From: a virus
DNA length: 64,000 nucleotides
IMG/VR virus record: IMGVR_UViG_3300028558_000016
Span: 342,014 to 406,013 of that record
Strand: one strand, 5' to 3'
Part shown: positions 1 to 10,354 of the stretch, piece after piece
How positions within the stretch are numbered: position 1 is the first letter of the stretch
Layout: every line of letters begins with the position of its first letter
Notes under the pieces: generated by a model
The model's database searches: none
The model's input: the letters and a program-made list of their open reading frames with translations, nothing else
Told to the model about the DNA's origin: nothing
Position numbers and translations under genes: made by a program

Positions 1-1
1 A

Positions 2-1408
2 GATGCTGAAAAAGGATTTTTAAAATTATACATAAACGGAACTGAATTGGTTCCTAAAAGAATAGATTTAACATCGACTACTTCTGCAATTGATACGAGT
101 GCAGGTGGATCATTAACTGGAATGGCTGTATCTGCGCAAGGAGATGTTCAGTTCCCTAATGGTGTTCCGCTTCCTCAATTTGAATACAGAACTGGAACAT
201 GGAACGTATACAAAACAGATCTCAGCTTGGGATATAACATAGTGGAAATAAAACACGAGATAACACCTTTCAACATTCAAAGCTTAGCTGGTTTTGAAGT
301 TGTTGTTGATGGAGACACAACACTTACTTCATTCAGCAGCGAATCTGTATTTAATCCAATCATGGGTTCTCCTAAGAAATTATCTGGAATAGAATACCAT
401 CAGGCTGGAACAATTCAGTACAACATCAACATTGATAATGCGTACAGAAATACTTATAGCACTTCTGCGACTGCGGTATCACACACAGGAAATTCCAATG
501 GTTATGGAGTTTTATTAACTGCAGCGTCACAAGCACTTGCAGCAAACGGTGGTAACGAAGGATTAACCGTCAGCATTGTAGGAAAAATAGGAACAGTTAG
601 TTCTCCAGGAAAGAGATTAATCAACGAACCTTTAACTCTTACAACTACTGTATTGAGAACAGTTCAAGCAACTGCAACAAGCAGCGGAAGTTCTCTTCTT
701 GGATTTTTAATTGACAACGTTGCAGCATCTTCAACAGCATTGTTGGAGAATTTTGACGATGAGAATTATAGATTAAACACAAACTCAAGTTACAACTTGA
801 TTGCAGATGTTACGACTGTGGGAAATGTATGGGATTCGATTCAATCATTGATTGACGGTTCTGTTGGTCACACAACTGGATTACAAGTCATTGATGGTAA
901 ATTAATATACCCTGGAGTTAATCCAAGTTATCCGTTAGATTTCAGAACAAGTAATATCATTAACGGAAGTACATTCAACAACGGTGGTATCGGTGGTACT
1001 GGAAGAGATTATACTCCAGGAAGTCCTTCGATAATCAGAACTTACATAAGGAAATTCCAACAGATCTCTCCTACAACAGGAAACTTTGTGATGAACATTG
1101 CAGGATCAGGCGGAACATTTGTGCCATTGACTACTTCATTGACAGGAACAAATATTCACGTTGAGGTAAAAGGTCCTTCACAAACCGGATGGATGGATGC
1201 TTACACAGACTTCATCACAGGAAACTGGGCTGATGGTGATGGTGCAAGATCTGCTTCAGGCGGTGTTGGACAAGCATTTGGAACACCATGGGGATTGACT
1301 ATCGGAACTAAGAATACTTCTGCGACTGGAGGATACATGTTAGTGAGAATAAGCGTTGCAGATTCGTTCACTGGTTCTTTTGATGCAATAACATTCTCAT
1401 TTGTATAA
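2..1408 (+). CDS. tail fibre-like structural protein, 5' partial (frame is open to the window edge)
   Basis: No stop codon upstream in frame from position 2. Gly/Ser/Thr/Asn-rich, low in charged residues. Lies in a block with the other fibre-like genes. Confidence 0.5.
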   Translation, partial: DAEKGFLKLYINGTELVPKRIDLTSTTSAIDTSAGGSLTGMAVSAQGDVQFPNGVPLPQFEYRTGTWNVYKTDLSLGYNIVEIKHEITPFNIQSLAGFEVVVDGDTTLTSFSSESVFNPIMGSPKKLSGIEYHQAGTIQYNINIDNAYRNTYSTSATAVSHTGNSNGYGVLLTAASQALAANGGNEGLTVSIVGKIGTVSSPGKRLINEPLTLTTTVLRTVQATATSSGSSLLGFLIDNVAASSTALLENFDDENYRLNTNSSYNLIADVTTVGNVWDSIQSLIDGSVGHTTGLQVIDGKLIYPGVNPSYPLDFRTSNIINGSTFNNGGIGGTGRDYTPGSPSIIRTYIRKFQQISPTTGNFVMNIAGSGGTFVPLTTSLTGTNIHVEVKGPSQTGWMDAYTDFITGNWADGDGARSASGGVGQAFGTPWGLTIGTKNTSATGGYMLVRISVADSFTGSFDAITFSFV

Positions 1409-1430
1409 TGGAAAATAATATATCTAAATA

Positions 1431-4400
1431 ATGTCAGGACTATCTTTAAACACGCAGACCACGATCGCGTTCAAAAACCTTTTGAACAAGTCCAACACGG
1501 ACGTAACGAAAGGTTTGGGAAATGAGGCAGAGGATATTAAATTTAATATCCACTCAGATACAATTTTTGTCAATCCAATATCGGCAACAACTGCTACCGC
1601 AATTGCAGCTGGAGTTGCTGTGTTCGTTCAAGCCAATTTGACTCTTGATGGAACTTCAAACGGTCATGCATATTTTGCAACTTGGCCAGTAACTCCTCCA
1701 ACAGGAACTGACCCTTTCACTGCATTGCCTTACGCTTATGGTTCTGGTGTATTGACAGGAATTTCTGCTGGACAAAGAGTTAAAAATGCAATATCATTTT
1801 CATACGGAACTGCGTATGAGGTAATTCCTTATTCTGGACCTCCGGTAATTGCAAATAGAATATTCGTTAATGATCCACGAAATTGGGTTTATCAATATCA
1901 ATCTGGAATTTTCTTTCAAGAAAATATTGGCGCAGCTCCTCAAATAATAGAAGTATATGCTTACACAGGTCAGATATTAACTGACGTCATAGGTGTTGCT
2001 TCATCTTCAATACCTTTAGCAGGAACAAGTCCAGGATTTCCTGTAACAGGCGATATAGAATTTACTGACGGAGTTAAAATATTTTTAAATACATCTCCGG
2101 CATCTTACATTCAATTTCACTCTGGACTTTCTCCTTCTGTTCCTACTGTTGAGATAGCAGGAAACTTGCTTCTCCTTGGAGACTTAAGTGTTTATGGAAC
2201 AACAACCACAATACACGAAGAGACTGTACAGGTAGAAGACAACAACATAGTAATGAATTTTGGTGGAACTCACACCACAGCAAACGGTGGAGGTATTACA
2301 ATACAAGATGGTATTAGCACTGGAGTTCCTGCTACGTTTGAGATCGACACAAACGGTGATTGGTATTTAAACGGATTCAAATTAAAATTATCTGGAAACT
2401 TAACAACTACCGGATCTTTCAACACTACATTAGTACAACAATTTACTGGTTCAATAACTCTACCTGCTGTTGCAACAACATTGGTAGGAAAAACTGGAAC
2501 TAACGTAACTAATAATGTTACGCTTTGGGCTGATGCAGATCAAGTCACAAGTGCCGCTGCAGGTTATTTAACTTTCGACGGATCATTATTTAAAGTTGGT
2601 CCATCATCTTTGGATTTAATTGCATTTGGTCTTGGCACTGCAGAAACTTTAAACGGTGTTATAGGAATAAATGCAAAAAATATTTCGGCTGGAACTTCTG
2701 CATATTCAGTAATTGCTGCATCTGAAAGTTCAACAAACTATGTTGGAATGTTTAACTACAACGCAAGCAAATCTTCGGTGTATGTCGGAACTTCTATTTC
2801 ATTGGCTTCAACAGGACACATCGCAAGTTCAAATGCCACGTTGGGAGGAAGAGCTTTAGTAATAAACGGACTTCCTATTTATAACATATCAGGAAACACA
2901 AGCACAAATTATGGATCAAGACTTGATGCAGCAGGTTTAAAAATTGATCAAATACAATTTTTACATTTAGCTTCTGCGTTAGCAAAGCTTCACGTGAAAG
3001 ATTCTACAAACAACGGTTCAACAAACACATTGTTGCTTCAGGACTCTGTTGGAACAAACATGGTGACTGTGAATTCTGCAGGAAACGTTAATGTAGGAAA
3101 TCTTGCAGGAGTAGGAAGCAGATTGGTTGAAGCAGATTCAAGCGGAAATTTATTCGCGACCATCTCAGGATCTTCACTTGGACTTTGGGAACTTGTTGGT
3201 TCTGACATTGTGACAAGCGCTTCTCTATTGAGTCCAGCTGTTCCTAATGTTTTACCAGCGTTTAATGACCTACAAGATCTTGGTTCAGTGAGCAATCGTT
3301 GGAGAGATTTATATCTTGGATCTAAAATAGATTTTTCTTCTGTTCTTGATTTTGCTGTAGGAAATTCGCCATTTGATTTGATCGGAAGATTTGAAAATGC
3401 CGGTCTTTCTATGTACAGTCAGAAAGTAATAAAGAGTCAAAATGGTAACGGGCAAATAAATATGGATTATTTTGCTACACCAGGCGTAGTAGCAATATCA
3501 AGTGATGCTGGTGGATTATCGGAATCATTCTTGTTTGTACATCCAGCGCAAATACAATTATATGGAAAAGTAACTTATGTTTCAGCAACAGCAGGTCAAT
3601 TGCAAATGACTGCAACATCGGACGTGGTTATAACCGGTAATGGAACTAATGTGTTGGGTGTTGGAGATTTTGCTGCAGACATTGCAGTGGCCGATGTACA
3701 ATCAACATCTAAATCTAACAACACAGGATACACTCCAGCTCCAGTAATGATTTCTTCTAAATCAGCAACCGCTGCAGTAGGAGTAAACACTTCGGTATTT
3801 CTTGGTGGTGTAGGACATTCAATGTTTAGTTCTGTTTCTCGATCAGCAATAATCGGAGGTTCAAGCAACACAATTCAAACTGCAGTTAATGCAGTATTAA
3901 TTGGTGGTTCAGGAAATACAATTGGAACTGGTTCAACCAACGTAATTGTATTAGGCGGTTCAGGATTCAGCACAGGTTTTGTAAGCAATTCTATATTCCT
4001 TGCAGACAATTCTATTATTGCTTCTACAAAAGTAATAAAGAGCACGAATGGTGGTGGTCAAATCGATCTTGATTATGGTGGAACTGCTTCTTTGATTGCA
4101 TTGACTACAGATAATGGAGCAGCGTTTGGAGCAGCTTTAAAATTACAAGACGGCGCAGTTATATTACAAGATAGTTCTCCTTCGGCTTCAATATTAATAA
4201 ACACTCCGGATACTTTTATACATTTAGATGAGTCTTCACAATTAATTACAATATCGAGCACAACCTTAACTGGACAAATTGATCTGAATGTTTCAGCAAT
4301 GTCATTAAGCATAAGCACGATCGGCGGAACTAAATTTACCGACTCAAGAATTTCACAACAAGGTATCGAATATTTTGCAGATTACTCTGCAACTTATTCT

Positions 4401-5060
4401 GCAAGATCTCTTGTGGACAAAGGATATGTTACTGGATTAATTGCAGGAATGGTGACTGGTACTGGAACAACTTATACACTTCCTCTTTGGACGGATGGAC
4501 CTTCGAGCATTATTGGAGATTCTTTGTTCTTCCAAGACTCTTTAGCAAGAGGAGCAGGAGTTGGAGTTTCAACAGCGGCAGTTGTAAAAAGATACAAAGA
4601 ATTCGTTCACTCATCAGACGACGCAGGTGTTGTTGGTGACGCGCAAGCTTCTGAACAAATTTTGCAAGCATTGACGTTTGATGCAACAGTAACACAAATG
4701 TCGCTTGACTCAGGAGGATTGGAATATCTTTCAATAGGAACGGGATTAGGTGACAATAGAGTAGTAGGTTTTGAAGTTTTTGTTTCTGCTGTTCAAACAG
4801 GAGGAGTTGCTGGAACACCTGGAGATGCAATGATAATGAAATTCAGAGGTGGAATAAAATTCATCGGAGGTTCTGCAACACAAATAGGAAGCACCACACA
4901 AGAAATAGTTGCAGTGGACTCAGGAGCTTCAGCTTGGACAGTCGTTGTTGATTCAGATCCATTAGCAGTTGTTGGTGGAGTTAGAATTAGAGTTACTGGA
5001 GAAATAAACAAGAACATCAAGTGGGTTGCCAAGTGTAATCTAACTGAAGTTGCATACTAA
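1431..5060 (+). CDS. large tail fibre/structural protein (1209 aa) with an internal duplication
   Basis: Long G/S/T/N-rich ORF. Internal repeat KVIKSQNGNGQINMDY / KVIKSTNGGGQIDLDY (around 3410-3540 and 4020-4150). Motif GSRLVEADSSGNL is shared with the 5078 gene. Confidence 0.6.
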   Translation: MSGLSLNTQTTIAFKNLLNKSNTDVTKGLGNEAEDIKFNIHSDTIFVNPISATTATAIAAGVAVFVQANLTLDGTSNGHAYFATWPVTPPTGTDPFTALPYAYGSGVLTGISAGQRVKNAISFSYGTAYEVIPYSGPPVIANRIFVNDPRNWVYQYQSGIFFQENIGAAPQIIEVYAYTGQILTDVIGVASSSIPLAGTSPGFPVTGDIEFTDGVKIFLNTSPASYIQFHSGLSPSVPTVEIAGNLLLLGDLSVYGTTTTIHEETVQVEDNNIVMNFGGTHTTANGGGITIQDGISTGVPATFEIDTNGDWYLNGFKLKLSGNLTTTGSFNTTLVQQFTGSITLPAVATTLVGKTGTNVTNNVTLWADADQVTSAAAGYLTFDGSLFKVGPSSLDLIAFGLGTAETLNGVIGINAKNISAGTSAYSVIAASESSTNYVGMFNYNASKSSVYVGTSISLASTGHIASSNATLGGRALVINGLPIYNISGNTSTNYGSRLDAAGLKIDQIQFLHLASALAKLHVKDSTNNGSTNTLLLQDSVGTNMVTVNSAGNVNVGNLAGVGSRLVEADSSGNLFATISGSSLGLWELVGSDIVTSASLLSPAVPNVLPAFNDLQDLGSVSNRWRDLYLGSKIDFSSVLDFAVGNSPFDLIGRFENAGLSMYSQKVIKSQNGNGQINMDYFATPGVVAISSDAGGLSESFLFVHPAQIQLYGKVTYVSATAGQLQMTATSDVVITGNGTNVLGVGDFAADIAVADVQSTSKSNNTGYTPAPVMISSKSATAAVGVNTSVFLGGVGHSMFSSVSRSAIIGGSSNTIQTAVNAVLIGGSGNTIGTGSTNVIVLGGSGFSTGFVSNSIFLADNSIIASTKVIKSTNGGGQIDLDYGGTASLIALTTDNGAAFGAALKLQDGAVILQDSSPSASILINTPDTFIHLDESSQLITISSTTLTGQIDLNVSAMSLSISTIGGTKFTDSRISQQGIEYFADYSATYSARSLVDKGYVTGLIAGMVTGTGTTYTLPLWTDGPSSIIGDSLFFQDSLARGAGVGVSTAAVVKRYKEFVHSSDDAGVVGDAQASEQILQALTFDATVTQMSLDSGGLEYLSIGTGLGDNRVVGFEVFVSAVQTGGVAGTPGDAMIMKFRGGIKFIGGSATQIGSTTQEIVAVDSGASAWTVVVDSDPLAVVGGVRIRVTGEINKNIKWVAKCNLTEVAY

Positions 5061-5077
5061 AAATAAATAGAGATTAG

Positions 5078-7033
5078 ATGTCTGTATTTCAAATATTAAA
5101 CGTAGAAGGAATTGAAGCCAATTCCGGATTATTCATCGATACATCGGGTCTCGTTGGAGTTGGTGTTACATCTTCTCTTCTTGCAAATCTGCATGTTCGT
5201 GGAACCGGTTCACCTGCAAACGACATTTTAAGAATCGAAGACATTTCCACAAACGTGGTTGTGTATATCGATGATGTTGCAGCAGGCGTTGCGATAGGAA
5301 GCACAAATCTTTCTGGAACTGTTTACACAAATCCGAAATTAATAGTAAACACAGGAAGCGGAATTCCCGGCTTGATGCACTATAATTCATTTGGTGTTGA
5401 ACTTATTACATTCACAAATGTATCAGACTCTTTATTTGGAAATGCGTCAAACCACGATCTATCATTAATAACAAATAACATTGAAGTAGTAAAAATAACT
5501 GCAGGCGGAAATGTTGGTATAAACCACTTGACTCCTCCTGCTAAATTAACTATTGTTGGTTCTGGAAATACAGTAGCGACTCATTCATTGAGAATCGCTA
5601 ATACATCTTCAGACATTATGATGAACATCCAAGATGATGGATTCGTAGGTCTCGGAACTATCACAAGATTAAATGGTTTCGGACTTGGTAACTTTGGATT
5701 AACGATGCCAGCTTTATTTGTTGATATGCAGGACACTACAGCATCAGCAAATTTATCGATAAGAATAGGAAATTTTACTACATCAACTATAATAGGTACT
5801 TATAATTACACTCACGCATTGGATGGAACTAAAGTTGCAGCTATAGAATTTGATGATGCAACTGGTAATGTTTGGTTTGGTGGATATGGCTACTCAGGAC
5901 AAAAATATGATTTCGTATTAAATTATCAAGACGTAGTTTCTGGACAAAGATTTGCTATAGGAAGTGGAAATCACGTTCAAGACAGCGGAGCGAATCTTTG
6001 GTTTTATGGAGCTTCAAATTCAGCTTCAAATTCACAACAAGCTTATGCAAGCATAGAAGCGTTAAAAGAAAATGCGCTTGATGCGAATTTTGCCGCATAT
6101 TTAAAATTTGGAATAAGCGACAGCTCAAGTCCAACTGTTACGACTGAAGCAATGCGTATAACCAGCGCACAACATTTAGCCATCGGTCTGACTGTACCTT
6201 TAGCAAGACTTGATGTAAGAGCAGGAACTACTGGAGATATTTTCAGATTGAACAATTCCAATTTCCTTTTCGCAGATAAAATGTTGATCAACAATGACGG
6301 ATCTTTTTATTCTGGTTCTATAAATGGTTTTGGAGGTTCTGGAACAGGAACATTTAGGACTGATCATCTCGATTATACTTTAAATACTGCATTCAGCACG
6401 TATTTAGCATTTACAAATAATGGATTGGCTGCAAACATTTCTTCTTATGGAATAATTGGCGGACCTATTGGAAGTTCTGACGTTAATTTCAAACTGAAAG
6501 TTCTTAATACCGACGATGGATCTTTAGGAAGCGTAATGAACGTTGTCACAACTGCCAACAGCACGGCAAGTGATGGAACTAATTATGATAATTATTCTAT
6601 AAAAGTTGTTTCAAGCGGAACTCAGACAAATACTGGAGCTGGAACATTTTTCAAAACCGGTTTATATGTTGATGTGACCAATGGTGATGTCAACAAAGCT
6701 ATTGAGACTGTTGGAGGAACTGTTACAATTGGAGACTTAGCCGGAACTGGAAATAGAGTTGTGGAAGCTGATTCAACTGGTAAATTAGTTGCTGGCGCTG
6801 CTGTTATTGGATCTGCCGCTTCAAAGGTTGCATTTACATTTACGCCTGGAACACCTGGATCTCCAAACACAATAACACATGGACTTGGAACTACTGATTT
6901 TTCAGTTACTCTTTGGGATGTTACGGCTGGAGATATAATTTATGCTAAAATTGATAATGCATCTACTACGGCTGTAGATGTAACATTCACTGTAAATCCA
7001 GCTGGAAATGTTAGAATAGTCATAATTGGATAA
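5078..7033 (+). CDS. tail fibre-like protein
   Basis: The N-terminal N[VI]GIG-type motif and DLAGTGNRVVEADSTGKL are shared with neighbouring fibre genes. G/S/T/N-rich composition. Confidence 0.55.
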   Translation: MSVFQILNVEGIEANSGLFIDTSGLVGVGVTSSLLANLHVRGTGSPANDILRIEDISTNVVVYIDDVAAGVAIGSTNLSGTVYTNPKLIVNTGSGIPGLMHYNSFGVELITFTNVSDSLFGNASNHDLSLITNNIEVVKITAGGNVGINHLTPPAKLTIVGSGNTVATHSLRIANTSSDIMMNIQDDGFVGLGTITRLNGFGLGNFGLTMPALFVDMQDTTASANLSIRIGNFTTSTIIGTYNYTHALDGTKVAAIEFDDATGNVWFGGYGYSGQKYDFVLNYQDVVSGQRFAIGSGNHVQDSGANLWFYGASNSASNSQQAYASIEALKENALDANFAAYLKFGISDSSSPTVTTEAMRITSAQHLAIGLTVPLARLDVRAGTTGDIFRLNNSNFLFADKMLINNDGSFYSGSINGFGGSGTGTFRTDHLDYTLNTAFSTYLAFTNNGLAANISSYGIIGGPIGSSDVNFKLKVLNTDDGSLGSVMNVVTTANSTASDGTNYDNYSIKVVSSGTQTNTGAGTFFKTGLYVDVTNGDVNKAIETVGGTVTIGDLAGTGNRVVEADSTGKLVAGAAVIGSAASKVAFTFTPGTPGSPNTITHGLGTTDFSVTLWDVTAGDIIYAKIDNASTTAVDVTFTVNPAGNVRIVIIG

Positions 7034-7050
7034 AATAATTATAATATAAA

Positions 7051-9753
7051 ATGAGCAGAATATTTGATAATTTATTTGTAGAAGGGAATGTTGGAGTTTA
7101 TACGCAAACACCTACCGCAAAATTGCATGTAGCACAAGAAAGCCCATTATTTGTCGGTAATTTATTTACTGCATCAGATTCTGCATTAAGCTTTGAATAT
7201 TTCAAAATAGACACATTAGTTAATGGAGCTGCAAACATAACGGCTTCATTATATGATAGTACATTCTTGGTTAACATAGGAGGATCTATTGGAAAATTTA
7301 AACTTGACCAAGGTAATGGAAATACATTTGAAACAGATAAACCAGGTGGAAATGCTTTCATATACACAGCAGGATCTAATGTTGGATCATCTCTCGAAGC
7401 TGGAGTTTTAATTAATTATTCTGCCGCTTTTACGAGTCCTTATGGTTGGGATGTGTGTGCTAATAGAATTGATGTTGGTTCTACTGGAACTGAAACTGGT
7501 ATTATAAATGGTTTATTGGTAAGACAAAACAATTTCTTAAATACAGCTGCAACTTTTTATCCTGGTATATTTTTAGACGGTAATGTTGGTATTGGTACAC
7601 CTACACCTCTTAATACACTGCAGGTTGGTGGAACTGGTGGAACTGGAACCATGAACATGAATGGTGGTGGTGGTCTTGGTTCTACACTTTCAGTGCGTGG
7701 ACATGCTACATCAGGATACCAATTTGATATGTACACTAAGGATTTTTCAAGAGCCTTCTTCCTGGCACAAACAACCGGAACCGGTCCTGGTACAAATGGA
7801 GAATTACAAATGATGTTTGTTTCTGGAAATGGAGCAGCCATCACAGCATACGATGTTGATGGAAAATTCAGAGTAGGATTTGGAGGACATTATATTGGAG
7901 ACGGAGCTTTATTAAACACAAGACATGACTTTGCTTCAACAGGAACTGATGCTTTATTTTCTTGGACTGATACTCAAAATTACATTCAAATAGATTCTAT
8001 AGTTAAAGGAGCTTTAGCCGAACCATATTTAGAAATGGCTGGTGGTATTGGTGTTGGTTCAGTAGCTTCTGGAACTTTTAGAATATCAACTACACAAAAT
8101 TCTTATTTTGGAGTTCCTCTTGTTGGAACTGTTGGAAACTTAGGTGTTGGAACTTCAACGCCTGGATTCAAACTTGATGTGGTAGGAGCGATTAATACCG
8201 ACAATGGATTTTGGCATAACGGACACAGACTGTTACAAAGTGATACCGTTGATTATGGAAATGTATTTGTTGGATCCTATGGATTTGATGCTACTCCTGG
8301 AAATACAGGAACATCAGTAAGCGCACTTGGTTATAATGCAGCTCAATCGAATACTGGCGATAATGTAATTGGAATTGGAAATTCTTCTGCTCTTGGAAAC
8401 ACAGGATCAAATATTACAGGAATTGGAACACAATCTGCGCAAGGTAATTCAGGAAACAACGTTATCGCGATCGGTTATCAATCTGCAATTGCAAATACTG
8501 GAAATAACATTATAGCTTTAGGTGCATTTGCCGCAGATACAAATGCAATTAACGATGCTGTAATAATAGGTAAGTCAAGAGCCGCAGCTAATGCATTTTT
8601 AGAAATGTGGGTTGGTGTTGGTCCAAACAAGGACGGTACAGAAGCAATGCATCCACATACTATTAGACAAGGAAGTATTGCTTCCGGAGTAACTGACACA
8701 GGCATGACAGGCGTAGATTTAATTTTAGCTGGTGCTGTTGGTACTGGAACTGGTGTTGGTGGAAAAATTAAATTTCAAGTTGCTCCTGCTGGGACAACTG
8801 GTTCAACGCAGAACGCTCTAATAGATGCAGCAATCATTGACCAAGATGGACACATAGGTATAAATACAGCTCCAGTATCATCTTATTTCATGAAGATTGA
8901 TAGTGCTACAGGTGTTGCAAATGGATTGCTTGTAAATAATGATTGGGATAGAGCAATAGTTGGACAGGTAATAACTAATCCAGGATTAATTGCAATACAG
9001 GGTATAGCTAACACTGGTGGAACTGGTGTCGGAGTTCAGGGTTTAACTTCAAATGGATTTGGAATTTATGGATCGGCTTCAACTGGAGTTGCTGCATACG
9101 GATATGCTTCCGGAGCTGGAATAGCTGGACAGTTTGAAGTCAACGACGCAAGTGCATTAATATTTAAAGGTATTGGAATAGGTGGAACAGAAAGATTCAG
9201 AGTTACCGAAAAAGGTGATTGGGGTATTGGATTAATTTCTCCAACTGCCAAAGTTCACATACAAGGTTCTGATACAACTTCATCGAATTTTGCTATTAAA
9301 GTTGATTCATCTACAGCAAATATTTTAACTGTAAGAAACGATCATACTTTATTATTTAGTGGAATTTCATCTGGGTTCACAGGTTCACAGAAATATGAAA
9401 AACAGGATGGCACTCAAACCACATCAAAACCTTTAACAAAAACTATTTCTACTATTTCTACAGCAAGCAATCAAATGGTTATAGTTAAAGGAACCGTTGC
9501 TGGATTTAGAAGTACTTTTGCTGAGTCTTATGGTTCAACATTCTTTGCGGTGTTCTACAATAATGGTGGAACGCTTACACAAGTATCAACTACTGACTTA
9601 AGCGAAAAACACAATTTCGCTGGATTGCCTGCGCCAACTACAACAGTTACTACAAGTGGAACTGACATTATAATACAAGTTACTGGTGTCAGTGGAACTA
9701 CAATAAATTGGGTATCAAGTTATGAATATTCAGCAGTTAATACTAACGCGTAA
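7051..9753 (+). CDS. tail fibre-like protein with Gly-rich repeats
   Basis: N-terminus similar to the 5078 gene (VEGNVGVYT...AKLHV). Repeats of the form GNTGxNxxxIG occur around 8340-8560. Confidence 0.55.
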   Translation: MSRIFDNLFVEGNVGVYTQTPTAKLHVAQESPLFVGNLFTASDSALSFEYFKIDTLVNGAANITASLYDSTFLVNIGGSIGKFKLDQGNGNTFETDKPGGNAFIYTAGSNVGSSLEAGVLINYSAAFTSPYGWDVCANRIDVGSTGTETGIINGLLVRQNNFLNTAATFYPGIFLDGNVGIGTPTPLNTLQVGGTGGTGTMNMNGGGGLGSTLSVRGHATSGYQFDMYTKDFSRAFFLAQTTGTGPGTNGELQMMFVSGNGAAITAYDVDGKFRVGFGGHYIGDGALLNTRHDFASTGTDALFSWTDTQNYIQIDSIVKGALAEPYLEMAGGIGVGSVASGTFRISTTQNSYFGVPLVGTVGNLGVGTSTPGFKLDVVGAINTDNGFWHNGHRLLQSDTVDYGNVFVGSYGFDATPGNTGTSVSALGYNAAQSNTGDNVIGIGNSSALGNTGSNITGIGTQSAQGNSGNNVIAIGYQSAIANTGNNIIALGAFAADTNAINDAVIIGKSRAAANAFLEMWVGVGPNKDGTEAMHPHTIRQGSIASGVTDTGMTGVDLILAGAVGTGTGVGGKIKFQVAPAGTTGSTQNALIDAAIIDQDGHIGINTAPVSSYFMKIDSATGVANGLLVNNDWDRAIVGQVITNPGLIAIQGIANTGGTGVGVQGLTSNGFGIYGSASTGVAAYGYASGAGIAGQFEVNDASALIFKGIGIGGTERFRVTEKGDWGIGLISPTAKVHIQGSDTTSSNFAIKVDSSTANILTVRNDHTLLFSGISSGFTGSQKYEKQDGTQTTSKPLTKTISTISTASNQMVIVKGTVAGFRSTFAESYGSTFFAVFYNNGGTLTQVSTTDLSEKHNFAGLPAPTTTVTTSGTDIIIQVTGVSGTTINWVSSYEYSAVNTNA

Positions 9754-9754
9754 T

Positions 9755-10339
9755 ATGATCACACTTGAAGAATATCGTGGCAAGACAAGGCCGTTAGGAA
9801 TTGTTCCAGTTGAAACTGATGAGAGATATGGTTATTATGAAACCGACCAACGTGTTCTGACTAATTTTATTAACTCACTTTACAATGCTAATTTATTAAA
9901 TAACGAAGTTAAGTTAATAGATGTTGGATGTGGTTTATCGACAACATTATATAATTTTTATTTGCAATTGAAGGAAGATAATAGGTTTAAATTTGAATTG
10001 TTTGGCATAGAGGGAGATCCTATTATTGCAGAAAAATTTGAAAAAGAACTGTTGTCATTTTTCCAAGGAAATTTATCATTTTCTTTTAATGAAGCAGAAA
10101 AAATTAATTATTCAAAATACAATGTTGTGTATTTATACTCACCTATGAAATATGAGGGAATGTGTAGGCTTTATGACAAAATATTTTCTGAAATAAAACC
10201 AGGAACAATTGTTTATGATGCATATCTATATGGAAAAGGATTAAATGATGTTATAGATAGTAGGATTATAAAATTTGGATTAACGAAAATACAACTGGAG
10301 TTTGGTGGGATCAAGCACGAAATACACGTGAAAAAATAA
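9755..10339 (+). CDS. putative SAM-dependent methyltransferase-like protein
   Basis: LIDVGCGLSTTL resembles Rossmann methyltransferase motif I. Start taken at the internal ATG at 9755 to avoid overlap with the upstream gene. Confidence 0.3.
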   Translation: MITLEEYRGKTRPLGIVPVETDERYGYYETDQRVLTNFINSLYNANLLNNEVKLIDVGCGLSTTLYNFYLQLKEDNRFKFELFGIEGDPIIAEKFEKELLSFFQGNLSFSFNEAEKINYSKYNVVYLYSPMKYEGMCRLYDKIFSEIKPGTIVYDAYLYGKGLNDVIDSRIIKFGLTKIQLEFGGIKHEIHVKK

Positions 10340-10354
10340 TAAATGAAGAAATAA

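Noticed and set aside
3038-9251. Many 60-106 aa ORFs inside or antisense to the large fibre genes (e.g. 3038..3295, 3596..3871, 4510..4830, 6043..6294, 7557..7844, 8478..8705)
   Set aside because: They are fully embedded in long, compositionally coherent ORFs and have low-complexity translations. Most likely spurious.
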